Part shown: positions 55,805 to 64,000 of the stretch, piece by piece | Position numbering within the stretch: position 1 is the first letter of the stretch | How the letters are laid out: every line of letters starts with the position of its first letter | Assembly (NCBI GenBank): GCA_021741645.1 | Contig: JAIOXK010000003.1 | Location: forward strand, 3,504 to 67,503 | DNA length: 64,000 bases | Reading direction: 5' to 3' | DNA from: Candidatus Nanopelagicales bacterium | GTDB lineage: Bacteria; Actinomycetota; Actinomycetes; S36-B12 | Translations under genes and position numbers: made by a program | The notes under the pieces: generated by a model | Seen by the model: the letters and a program-made list of their open reading frames with translations, nothing else | Database searches by the model: none | Told to the model about the DNA's origin: nothing

Positions 55805-56665
55805 TCATGCCTGTCTTGAACGCAGGAGTTGAGCAACGACTGCGGCGAGATCGCCTGGCGTGGCCAAGTCCTCCTTGCGGATGACGACGATTTCCCAGCC
55901 AGCCCTGCGCAGCAGGTCACGTCGTCGAGCATCATGTAGGTGTCTGTCCGGTCCATGGTGTTCAACTCCGTCGTACTCGACGGCAACCTTCTCGGGCAGC
56001 CATGCCAGATCCAGACGGACCCGGCGGTTGCCGATGCGGACCGTTGGATTGCACGCGGGTGGCCGAATTCCGGCTCGGATGAGGTGGGCGCGTACCCAGG
56101 ATTCCGCGGGCGACTCAGCGTGAGGGTCAAGAATCGGTAGAGCCCATCGGGCCGCCCGTATACCCCGACGCCCCTTCCCCCAGGCGACAATCCGACTCAG
56201 GTCGTCTCGAGTGGCCAGCGACGCACGTAGGAGTCCGTCACCCATGGCGACGACGTCCGTCCAGCTTATGAATGCAGCGCAGTCGATCCACGTGCGGGCA
56301 GGCGTCGTAATGGGCGTCCCGTTGAGCAGCGTGACGTGCTCTGGAGGCAACTCGAGGCGGCGCCCGCGCACGCCCCGGGACTGAAGCCGGGTGCCATCGC
56401 GAATAGTCGCCACCGCGCATGCCTGCGCATCCACGTCAAGGCCAAAGCCGCCGGGGACAACCATCGACCACAGGTGCGCGGACGTCAGGTCGCATGCCAC
56501 GGCGAATCGATCAGCTGCGGCGATGAGGCACTGCGTCATGAGTGCATGAGTGACGTCGACGTCGCCTCTGACGCGTGTCCCGCGGACGGGCATCGTCCAG
56601 CCGTCCTGATCTGAGGCAATGCGGCCAATAGCGGAGCCGGACTGGTGCGAGCGAAGAATCTCCAT
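55805..56665 (-). CDS. DUF559 (Vsr-like endonuclease fold) domain protein, AbiEi-N-like degenerate N-terminus
   Basis: C-terminus RLDLAWLPEKVAVEYDGVEHHGPDRHLHDARRRDLLRRAGWEIVVIRKEDL is the DUF559 signature. TTPARTWIDCA motif upstream. Start uncertain (56665 or 56593). The track start at 56764 reads into the repeat array. Confidence 0.65.
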   Translation of the reverse strand: MEILRSHQSGSAIGRIASDQDGWTMPVRGTRVRGDVDVTHALMTQCLIAAADRFAVACDLTSAHLWSMVVPGGFGLDVDAQACAVATIRDGTRLQSRGVRGRRLELPPEHVTLLNGTPITTPARTWIDCAAFISWTDVVAMGDGLLRASLATRDDLSRIVAWGKGRRGIRAARWALPILDPHAESPAESWVRAHLIRAGIRPPACNPTVRIGNRRVRLDLAWLPEKVAVEYDGVEHHGPDRHLHDARRRDLLRRAGWEIVVIRKEDLATPGDLAAVVAQLLRSRQA

Positions 56666-56743
56666 ACGCACATGAGAGTGATCTCCGCAGGCCCGATGTA
56701 GACCCCATTCATGGTCTGTGGATGGCCGCTTCGTTGTCCACAG

Positions 56744-56813
56744 GCCGTTCGAACGCGGATCCACCGTTCGTACGCGGATCCACCGTTCGTGCGCGGATCC
56801 ACCGTTCGCGGAT
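56744..56813. repeat. Tandem array of the same 19-bp unit in inverted orientation (CGCGGATCCACCGTTCGT(A/G)), 3 full copies plus partials
   Basis: Units start at 56754, 56773 and 56792, with a partial at 56744..56753. The 13-mer GATCCACCGTTCG is the exact reverse complement of the left-array core CGAACGGTGGATC. The array ends at the stop codon of the Nudix gene. Confidence 0.95.
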
Positions 56814-57742
56814 TAGGGCTTGGAGAGGGTGTGGCGCTCTATCTCGACGACCTCAACGGATCCATCCTTGCCGAACGCGCGATGGAAGACGATGAAGGAG
56901 CCAGGTGACAGGCGCGGGTCGAGCTCGGCCCGCCACCGCTCATCGCCGGGGTCGACGCCCAGAGCTCGTGCAGCGGCCGTCACGATCGTCGCCAGCACCG
57001 GGCGATGCGAGCAGACGACCATGGGTCGCCGATCACGGACGAGGTGCGCGATGCGGGCGTCCGCTGCAGCGGGGTTGTCCCGGTGCGCCTCCTCGGTCAG
57101 CGCTGGCTCGTGCACGACGCCCATGCTGAGGCTCTTGGCGAACTTCACCACGGTCTGATGGCACCGGCGCGAGGGGCTCGATCGCACGTCGTCGACACCG
57201 AAGGCGTCCAGGATCGGCACGAGCGCCTTGGCCTGCGATCGGCCCTTTCCGCTCAGGGGGCGCTCGGCGTCCACAGCACCATCGAACTTCGCCCGCTTGA
57301 GAGCCTGCGTGTGCCGCAGAAGGATGAAGGGGCTGGTGTCCGGGAGGGCCGCGGCGCGGGAGACGAGGTCGACCTCAGCGGGGTAGGTCAGATGGTCGGC
57401 GGCCTCGCTCACCGGGAGCCAGCGCACCTCGTCCACTTCATCATCGGGTGCGAAGCCGTTCTCCTCGCGAACCGAGGCGCGCCAGTAGTGGACGATCTTG
57501 GGACGGCTCCCGATGCTGTAAGACTGAAGAGGCAGGGGTGCACCCAGGATCGGCCAGTAGCCGGTTTCCTCGTCACACTCGCGGAGTGCCGCGAGCAGCG
57601 CATGCTCCCCCTCATCGAGCTTTCCCTTCGGCAGCGACCAATCCTGACGACCGGGACGGTGCACGACGGCAAACTCCTGGCCCTGCTCGCCGGTGCGCAG
57701 GAGCACGACGCCTGCCGCGCGGATGACCGAGTCGTTGGACAT
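56813..57742 (-). CDS. Nudix hydrolase fused to histidine phosphatase (SixA-like) domain (MutT1-type)
   Basis: Nudix box GKLDEGEHALLAALRECDEETGY and a C-terminal RH motif (FILLRHTQA). ATG 57742 lies 1 nt after the CHAD gene stop. The track ORF extends to 58069. Confidence 0.85.
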   Translation of the reverse strand: MSNDSVIRAAGVVLLRTGEQGQEFAVVHRPGRQDWSLPKGKLDEGEHALLAALRECDEETGYWPILGAPLPLQSYSIGSRPKIVHYWRASVREENGFAPDDEVDEVRWLPVSEAADHLTYPAEVDLVSRAAALPDTSPFILLRHTQALKRAKFDGAVDAERPLSGKGRSQAKALVPILDAFGVDDVRSSPSRRCHQTVVKFAKSLSMGVVHEPALTEEAHRDNPAAADARIAHLVRDRRPMVVCSHRPVLATIVTAAARALGVDPGDERWRAELDPRLSPGSFIVFHRAFGKDGSVEVVEIERHTLSKP

Positions 57743-57743
57743 G

Positions 57744-59282
57744 TCAGGCCAGACCTGCCGATCGGGCGCGCTTCTGCGCGCGTGCCCACTCGTCCTTGAA
57801 CCGGAATCGGTCATGCATTTCCACATGGCACTCGTACTCGAACAGCAGACCCAGAGACATGCCGGTGGCTCCGCTGGTGCTGGGCTGCGCCGCAATGTCG
57901 CGGAGGACGTTCTGGGCGACGTAGGCATCCTGATGGTCCCCGAGCACTTCCGTGACCTCGGCGAGGGCATTGGCGAGTCGGCGCATGGACTTGCCGAACA
58001 CGTCCTCGATGGCCTCCGCGGTGTATCGAGCTTGCTTCGCCTTGATCCGCGCCTCGTGCCACGGGGCACTGGGTCCGTCGATCCTCATGCGGGTGACGGA
58101 TCGGACGAGTCGACGCCAGGTGTCCGTGACCAAGGAGGGCATGACCTCCTCGCATGGGCGGTAGGCGTCGTTCGTGACGGGAGGGGCGACAGCGGCGTCC
58201 ATCAGGTCGTCCACGAGCTGCTGGTGTCGATCACTGCGCAGGGCTGCGAGGGCGCTGGAGCGCGCGGCAGCGAGACGTGGCCCGAGGATCGACGCAACGG
58301 CCTCGCGGCATCGCTCGGAATCGGACGCATCGACGAGGTCCGCCGCATGGCTGCTCAGTCGATCCATCATGACCTCGGTGTCGCGGATGGCGCCGAGCTC
58401 GCTGGCGATCCACTTCAGCTCCTCGCGGAGTCGTGCGGACTGCTCCTGCTGCAGCAGCGGAGCGAAGGCCCCGAGTGTGCTTCGCAGGCGGCGGGCCGAC
58501 ACCCGCATCTGATGAACCGAATCCGGCAGATCGCGGCGGACTCCGACATCAGCGAGCAGAAGGCTGCGTACGTGCTGACTCAGGGTCGACCGGATGGCAT
58601 CGACGGCCAGTCCCGACGGGCCAGGCGCGCGCACTGCCGGCACATCTGGTGGCTCCGCGGTGCGGGGGCCCAGAGCACTGGCGGCCTTGCTGACGGAGCT
58701 GGGCTCGGCGCCGCTTTCAAGCAGGAGTGCCGTCATGCGTCGCATCACGTCGGACGTCGCCGGATCGTCGTCGGCGATGACCTCGACCTCGATCTCGCGA
58801 AAGACGCTCACGGTGCGACCCTCGTGGCGCACCGTCACGATGTCGTCGACGACCTCGACGAGGGGTTGGCCGTCGCTGTTGGCGAGGACAGTGGGTGTGC
58901 GCATCGTGCTGAGCCGCACGACGGGTTCCAGCGGCAATTCATGCAGCAGGGGAGCGACGATCTGCACCAGTGATGCCGGAACGGATCCGATCGCGCCAGC
59001 GTCCAGCGGTAGATGGATCTCGTCGCGGGTCGTGCCGTCCGCGCCGGCCACCGGGAGTTTCATGTGCCATCCGGCGTCCTTGCCGCCCTCGCGTCGGCGC
59101 AAGGTGACACCCCAGCGAAAGAGGGTCAATTCGGGGGTGTCGTGGTAGACGGCCTCCATCTCGAATGGTTCGCCGACGTGCGCCTGAGGGGCCACACCAA
59201 GTTCGACGAGATCAGGCATCTGAAAGAGGCCGTGCACGCGGAACTTGAGTTCCACCTCCCGGTGCGTGACGGGAGGGGTCAC
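57744..59282 (-). CDS. CYTH (triphosphate tunnel) plus CHAD domain protein
   Basis: CYTH N-terminus [19 protein letters not shown] helices [17 protein letters not shown] and [20 protein letters not shown] 59282 overlaps the ppk stop (GTGA). Confidence 0.85.
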   Translation of the reverse strand: MTPPVTHREVELKFRVHGLFQMPDLVELGVAPQAHVGEPFEMEAVYHDTPELTLFRWGVTLRRREGGKDAGWHMKLPVAGADGTTRDEIHLPLDAGAIGSVPASLVQIVAPLLHELPLEPVVRLSTMRTPTVLANSDGQPLVEVVDDIVTVRHEGRTVSVFREIEVEVIADDDPATSDVMRRMTALLLESGAEPSSVSKAASALGPRTAEPPDVPAVRAPGPSGLAVDAIRSTLSQHVRSLLLADVGVRRDLPDSVHQMRVSARRLRSTLGAFAPLLQQEQSARLREELKWIASELGAIRDTEVMMDRLSSHAADLVDASDSERCREAVASILGPRLAAARSSALAALRSDRHQQLVDDLMDAAVAPPVTNDAYRPCEEVMPSLVTDTWRRLVRSVTRMRIDGPSAPWHEARIKAKQARYTAEAIEDVFGKSMRRLANALAEVTEVLGDHQDAYVAQNVLRDIAAQPSTSGATGMSLGLLFEYECHVEMHDRFRFKDEWARAQKRARSAGLA

Positions 59283-61438
59283 GGAGCGAAGCCCCGCTTG
59301 AGCTTGATGTCGATGAGGGCTTCCTGAAAGTCCACGAGATGGTCGCCTGCCCGATCGGTGAGGCGACGCACCCACTCGCCGTCGGGCTGCAGGTCCCATG
59401 CGGAGGTGATCGGATCGAAGGCCATGTCGAACAGCGCCTCCAGGTCGGCGATCTGCTCGGGGTCGACCAGGCTCACCAGGGTCTCGACCCGGCGATCCAG
59501 ATTCCGATGCATGAGGTCGGCCGAGCCGATCCATGCTTCACGGTTGCCGCCGTTCTCGAACATGAAAACTCGGGAGTGCTCGAGGAACCGACCGAGGATG
59601 CTGATCGCTCGAATGTTCTCGCTCAGTCCCGGAACTCCCGCTCGGATCGCGCAGATGCCGCGCACCCAGATGTCGACCTTCACGCCGGCCTGAGACGCAC
59701 GGTAGAGCGCGTCGATGATCCCCTCGTCGACGATGGAGTTGCACTTGAAGCGGATCCCCGACGGCCTGCCCGCCAGCTGATTGTCGATCTCACGCTCAAT
59801 CCGCTCAACCAGCCCGGTCCGGACGGAGTGGGGGGCAACCAGGAAGCGCTTGTACTCGGTGTTCATGGAGTAGCCGGAGAGCACGTTGAAGATGTTGGAG
59901 ACGTCCTCGCCGACCTCGGGGTCACAGGTCAGGAGTCCGAGATCCTCGTAGAGCCGTGCCGTCTTCGGGTGGTAGTTGCCGGTGCCGATGTGGCAGTAGC
60001 GCCGGAGTTGGTCACCGTCGTTACGAACGACCATGGACAGCTTGGCGTGCGTCTTGAGGCCGACGAGACCGTAGACGACGTGGACGCCAGCCTCTTCCAG
60101 CTTGCGAGCCCAGTCGATGTTGTTCTGCTCGTCGAATCGTGCCTTGATCTCGACGAGGGCGAGGACCTGCTTGCCTGCCTGGGCCGCCTTGATGAGTGCA
60201 TCGACGATGGGCGAGTCACCGGAGGTGCGGTAGAGAGTCTGCTTGATGGCCAGGACGTGGCGATCGCGCGCTGCCTGCTCCAAGAACAGCTGAACGCTGG
60301 TGGAGAAGGAGTCGTAGGGATGGTGGACCAGCACGTCGTGCTCGCGCACCACGGCCATGATGTCGGGCTCGTTCGCGCTCTCCACCTCGCTGAGCTGCCG
60401 GGAGGTCTTGGAAACGAACTTCCGCTGCTTCAGGTCGTCGCGATCGAGGTTGACGATGGTCCACAGGCCAGTGAGGTCCAGGGGGCCAGGGAGCCGGAAG
60501 ACCTCAGTCTCGCTGACATCGAGTTCGTCGATGAGCAGCTCGAGGACGTGTGGATCGATGGACTCCTCAACCTCGAGGCGTACCGGCGGTCCGAAGCGAC
60601 GTCGGATGAGCTCGCGCTCCAGGGCGAGCAACAGGTTCTCGGCGTCGTCCTCTTCGACCTCCACGTCCTCGTTGCGAGTGACGCGGAAGGTGTGAGTCTG
60701 CTGAATCTCCATACCGGGAAAGAGGGCGTCGAGATGCGCCGCGATGACATCCTCGAGCGGAACGAAGCGCGCAGGCCCAACCTCGACGAATCGGGGAAGC
60801 AGCGGCGGGACCTTCACTCGGGCAAAGAGCTCGTTTCCGGTGGTGGGGTTCCTGACGACGACCGCAAGGTTCAGTGAGAGACCGCTGATGTACGGAAAGG
60901 GGTGGGACGGATCCACGGCCAGCGGTGTCAGTACGGGGAAGACCTTGGTGGTGAAGAACTCCTGGATGGTTTCCTTCTCGACGGGAGTGAGCTCATCCCA
61001 CCGCAGAAGCTGGATGCCCTCTTGCTCCAACGCCGGGAGAACCTCGTGGTGGAAGAGCCGGGCCTGCTCCAGTTGGAGTTCGTACGCGTGTGCCCAGATG
61101 TTCTCGAGCACCTCGCGGGGGGTGAATCCACTTGCAGCCCGCACGGCAATGCCGGTCGCGATGCGTCGTTTGAGCCCGGCAACGCGGACCATGAAGAACT
61201 CGTCGAGGTTGCTTGCGAAGATGGCGAGGAACTTCGCACGGTCCAGGACCGGCAGGTCCTCGTCCTGGGAGAGTTCGAGCACGCGCTGGTTGAACGCCAG
61301 CCAGGAGACCTCCCGATCGAGGAATCGATCGTCGGGCAGGGGCTCGAGCATGGCGGGGGGTCGAGCGGCCATCGTTCCAGCGGGGGGAAGGGAGCCCTCG
61401 GTGGCTGGCCCGGAAGGGGACTCGATCGTGTCGGTCAC
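59279..61438 (-). CDS. ppk: Polyphosphate kinase 1
   Basis: [40 protein letters not shown] and two PLD-like HKD regions. 719 aa. Confidence 0.9.
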   Translation of the reverse strand: MTDTIESPSGPATEGSLPPAGTMAARPPAMLEPLPDDRFLDREVSWLAFNQRVLELSQDEDLPVLDRAKFLAIFASNLDEFFMVRVAGLKRRIATGIAVRAASGFTPREVLENIWAHAYELQLEQARLFHHEVLPALEQEGIQLLRWDELTPVEKETIQEFFTTKVFPVLTPLAVDPSHPFPYISGLSLNLAVVVRNPTTGNELFARVKVPPLLPRFVEVGPARFVPLEDVIAAHLDALFPGMEIQQTHTFRVTRNEDVEVEEDDAENLLLALERELIRRRFGPPVRLEVEESIDPHVLELLIDELDVSETEVFRLPGPLDLTGLWTIVNLDRDDLKQRKFVSKTSRQLSEVESANEPDIMAVVREHDVLVHHPYDSFSTSVQLFLEQAARDRHVLAIKQTLYRTSGDSPIVDALIKAAQAGKQVLALVEIKARFDEQNNIDWARKLEEAGVHVVYGLVGLKTHAKLSMVVRNDGDQLRRYCHIGTGNYHPKTARLYEDLGLLTCDPEVGEDVSNIFNVLSGYSMNTEYKRFLVAPHSVRTGLVERIEREIDNQLAGRPSGIRFKCNSIVDEGIIDALYRASQAGVKVDIWVRGICAIRAGVPGLSENIRAISILGRFLEHSRVFMFENGGNREAWIGSADLMHRNLDRRVETLVSLVDPEQIADLEALFDMAFDPITSAWDLQPDGEWVRRLTDRAGDHLVDFQEALIDIKLKRGFAP

Positions 61439-61526
61439 CCCGAGATGCTCCCACAGTCAGGTTAACGAGGGGCAGCCAACGGGTGACTGAGATCTTGCCC
61501 TGAACGGGGCAACGCATCACCGAAGA

Positions 61527-62447
61527 TCAGCGCCGGTAGAGCACGTCCGTGTCCCAGCGGGCGAAGCCAAGCCCCTCGTACAGGGAGATGGCCGCGGTGT
61601 TGCTGGCATCGACGTAGAGCATGGCCTGATTGAGGTCCAAAGAGCGCAGATGATTCAGCCCGAGCAGAGTCAGTGTTCGACCCAGCCCGGTGCCACGCTC
61701 CTGTGGATCGACGGCCACGACGTACACCTCACCGAAGGGATCATGGTGGTGCCCGTGCCCGCCACCGCCGTGCACCTTGGTCCAGTGGAAGCCGACCAGC
61801 TGCTCGCCCCGCCAGGCCATGAGGAAGCCATCCGCAGAGAACCACGGCTCGTGCAGGCGACGCTCAAGGTCCTTGCGCGTCCATGACCCTTGATCGGGAA
61901 GGTGCGGGAAGGCTCGGGCATTGAGATCAAGCCAGGCCTCCTCATCATGTCCGACACGGAATGCGCGGATCACGATGTCGTCGGGCACGACAGCGCGGGG
62001 GACAGGCGCATAGAGGGATCGACGCATCTGCCAGAGGACCCGGCTGCGGTGGAAGCCCATGCTTTCAGCGAGGGCGGTGGCGCCGGCCTGCTCTCCGTGC
62101 GACCACAGGCGAAGTCGACCGTCGGGCGACAAGCGGAGAAGGGTCTCGATGAGCTGCCTGCCGATGCCGGCCCTGCGCCGCGATGGGCTGACGGTCAGCT
62201 CGGCGCTGGCCCCCTCCACCTCGTCGGTGACGTCGATGTGGGCGTAGCCGACGAGCTGGCCGTCCTCGGCACGGGCGAGGACGTGCAGGCCGTGCTCCTC
62301 GCCGCCCTCCTTGACGTGCAGCCACACGTGCTCGGATAGCGGTCGAAGTCCGTCGTGCTCGGTGACATCCTCAAGCAGGACCGCGAGTTCGGTGACGGTC
62401 GCTCGGTCGAGACGCGGCACGGTCTCGAATCCAGTGGTCGGGGCCAT
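61527..62447 (-). CDS. mshD: Mycothiol synthase (tandem GNAT)
   Basis: Two acetyltransferase domains (RRRAGIGRQLIE and ERGTGLGRTLTL). Conserved synteny next to glnR, as in M. tuberculosis. ATG 62447; the track ORF extends to 62624. Confidence 0.85.
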   Translation of the reverse strand: MAPTTGFETVPRLDRATVTELAVLLEDVTEHDGLRPLSEHVWLHVKEGGEEHGLHVLARAEDGQLVGYAHIDVTDEVEGASAELTVSPSRRRAGIGRQLIETLLRLSPDGRLRLWSHGEQAGATALAESMGFHRSRVLWQMRRSLYAPVPRAVVPDDIVIRAFRVGHDEEAWLDLNARAFPHLPDQGSWTRKDLERRLHEPWFSADGFLMAWRGEQLVGFHWTKVHGGGGHGHHHDPFGEVYVVAVDPQERGTGLGRTLTLLGLNHLRSLDLNQAMLYVDASNTAAISLYEGLGFARWDTDVLYRR

Positions 62448-62457
62448 GCAACGACCC

Positions 62458-63183
62458 TCAGGCGTGGGTGTCGGCGGCGGTGGTCTCGACACTGTCGGAT
62501 TCACTGGTGCCTGCCGGCACGAATCGGTAGCCCACGTTGCGCACGGTGCCGATGAGACTCTCGTGCTCGGCACCGAGTTTCGCCCGCAAACGACGGACGT
62601 GGACGTCGACCGTTCGGGTGCCACCGAAGTAGTCGTAGCCCCAGACCTCCTGCAGCAGCACTGCCCGAGTGAAGACGCGGCCAGGGTGCTGTGCGAGGAA
62701 CTTGAGCAGCTCGAACTCCTTGAAGGTCAGATCCAGAGTGCGGGTGCGCAGTTTGGCTGTGTAGGTCGCCTCGTCGATGTGCAGGTCTCCGCTGTGAATC
62801 TCCTCGGGAGAGTCGTCGCCGACCTCGGCGCCGTTGTTCATGCCAGTCGTGGCCAAGCGCAGACGGGCCTCGACCTCGGCGGGTGACGCGGTGTCGAGGA
62901 GAACGTCGTCCATGCCCCAGTCGTGCTGGATGGCTGCCAGACCGCCCTCGGTGGTGACAAGCATTAGAGGGACGTCGAGCCCGGTCTGGCGGAGGAGTCG
63001 GCACAGGCCGCGGATGGCCGGCAGATCTCGGCGACCGTCGACGAGAAGGGCATCGGCGTCGGGTGCATGGAGGAGGGCGGTGGCCTCCGCGGGCATCGTG
63101 TGAATGTGATGTGCCAGCAGGCCCAGTGCCGGCAACACCTCGAACGAGGGCTCCATGGCACGAGTGAGGAGGATCAGGCGCAC
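62458..63183 (-). CDS. glnR: Orphan OmpR-family response regulator GlnR (global nitrogen regulator of Actinomycetota)
   Basis: Near-identity over long stretches to GlnR as recalled ([83 protein letters not shown]). No kinase gene adjacent. GTG start. Confidence 0.85.
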   Translation of the reverse strand: MRLILLTRAMEPSFEVLPALGLLAHHIHTMPAEATALLHAPDADALLVDGRRDLPAIRGLCRLLRQTGLDVPLMLVTTEGGLAAIQHDWGMDDVLLDTASPAEVEARLRLATTGMNNGAEVGDDSPEEIHSGDLHIDEATYTAKLRTRTLDLTFKEFELLKFLAQHPGRVFTRAVLLQEVWGYDYFGGTRTVDVHVRRLRAKLGAEHESLIGTVRNVGYRFVPAGTSESDSVETTAADTHA

Positions 63184-63294
63184 GGTGGCCTCCCCTGCCT
63201 CGACGACGAGCCCATCTGTGATGCGCCCGGGTGTTGCGGTCGTTCCATCTGGGCCCCAACACTACGGCACTGCTCTCCTTGGCAGGATGGGCGC

Positions 63295-64000
63295 GTGGCT
63301 GCAGGGGAATTGCATGGAGACGCTGGCGAGGAGCGCACGCTCCGCAGTGCCGACGGTGTATCCATCAGTGCGGTGCACGTTCCTGCGAGGGAATCGGCGT
63401 CGAAATCCCGGGGCATGTGCTTCATCGTGGTGCACGGCTTCACCGGGCACTGGCGGCAGGAGCGCGTTCAGCGCGTGATCACGCGGTTCACCGCATTCGG
63501 TGCAGTCGTGGCGCTGGACATGCGGGGACATGGGGCCTCGGGTGGTGCGACCACGGTGGGTGACGAGGAGGTATTGGACGTCGCCGCGGCTGTGGAGTGG
63601 GCCAGAGAGCTGGGGTACACCAAGGTCGTGACGGTCGGCTTCTCGCTGGGAGGCGCGGTCGTCCTGAGGGAGGCAGCCCTGCTGGCGGACGGCCCGGCAA
63701 GGGTCGATGCGGTGGTGAGCGTCAGTGCCCCGGCGTTCTGGTTCTATCGAGGCACGCGCATCATGCGGGTGGCGCACTGGATGGTGGAGACGGCGCCCGG
63801 ACGCGCGGTGATGCGACTGCGACGCACTCGCATCAGCAGCCAGCCGTGGCAGCAGCCTTACCCGGTGCAGCCCTTCGAGGCTGCGGCCCAGCTGGCGGGA
63901 ATGCCGTTGCTCGTCGTCCATGGCGATGCCGATCACTACTTCCCGCTGGAGCACCCGGAGACGATCATCACCGCGGCCACAGGAGTGGCGTCTCGGGCGG
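63295..64000 (+). CDS. Alpha/beta hydrolase, N-terminal part; 3' end outside window
   Basis: Absent from the track because it runs off the right edge. Manual translation gives ..RSADGVSISAVHVPARE..GMCFIVVHGFTGHW..VTVGFSLGGAVVL (GxSxG nucleophile elbow) ..LLVVHGDADHYFP. Start uncertain (GTG 63295 or TTG 63310). Confidence 0.6.
   Translation, partial: MAAGELHGDAGEERTLRSADGVSISAVHVPARESASKSRGMCFIVVHGFTGHWRQERVQRVITRFTAFGAVVALDMRGHGASGGATTVGDEEVLDVAAAVEWARELGYTKVVTVGFSLGGAVVLREAALLADGPARVDAVVSVSAPAFWFYRGTRIMRVAHWMVETAPGRAVMRLRRTRISSQPWQQPYPVQPFEAAAQLAGMPLLVVHGDADHYFPLEHPETIITAATGVASRA

Noticed and set aside
55636-56802. ORF-track proteins reading through the 19-bp arrays (55636..55884 plus, 56536..56802 minus, and the 56666..56764 extension of the DUF559 ORF), giving repetitive peptides such as RASGGSARERWICARTVDL.
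   Set aside because: The periodic peptide sequence is a by-product of translating a tandem DNA repeat. There is no RBS or independent coding signal.
55692-56813. CRISPR array interpretation of the 19-bp repeats.
   Set aside because: The units are directly abutting with no spacers, the unit length is too short, and no cas genes are present in the window.
61439-61526. PHO-box (PhoP direct repeats GTTCACC-type) upstream of ppk, and a small hairpin TTGCCC-n5-GGGCAA.
   Set aside because: Only one loose GTTCAGG match is present and there is no 11-nt periodic repeat. The hairpin is short (6 bp) and is probably just the mshD terminator.

Overview
High-GC (roughly 70%) actinobacterial chromosomal segment. 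Lineage markers are mycothiol synthase mshD next to the orphan regulator glnR, Tat signal peptides, frequent GTG starts and 4-nt start/stop overlaps. I can support about 60 protein genes. I saw no rRNA, tRNA or CRISPR. Many of the ORFs in the six-frame track are antisense or out-of-frame shadows typical of high-GC DNA and are not called. Two real CDSs run off the window edges and are missing from the track (1..625 minus, 63295..64000 plus). Layout: (i) 0-9 kb holds secreted enzymes (BNR protein, Tat flavin amine oxidase, Tat multicopper oxidase, GH5 cellulase with 2 CBM2-like modules) and a two-component system. (ii) 9-23 kb holds housekeeping genes (nitroreductase, purU), a xylose regulon (fucU-like, xylB, xylA, xylF-type ABC transporter, ROK regulator, aldose epimerase, Gfo/Idh/MocA) and a modular AA10 LPMO. 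(iii) 23.2-52.3 kb is a ~29-kb catabolic island with 2 glutamine-synthetase-like ligases, 3 class-I amidotransferase/gamma-glutamyl hydrolases, 3 cytochrome P450s, two kinds of redox partner, a homoprotocatechuate-type meta-cleavage operon, 3 aldehyde dehydrogenases, CoA-transferase, ACAD, an APC permease, MarR and GntR regulators, and a 515-aa protein I cannot place. Two different repeated operator-like motifs partition this island into two regulons. (iv) 52-64 kb holds EamA, divergent glgA/glgC, a DUF559 endonuclease-like ORF bracketed by inverted arrays of a 19-bp tandem repeat, a polyphosphate operon (ppk1, CYTH-CHAD, Nudix-histidine phosphatase), mshD, glnR and a partial alpha/beta hydrolase. 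The best candidates for something undescribed are the gamma-glutamylation/P450 island with its operator network and the repeat-bracketed DUF559 cassette.
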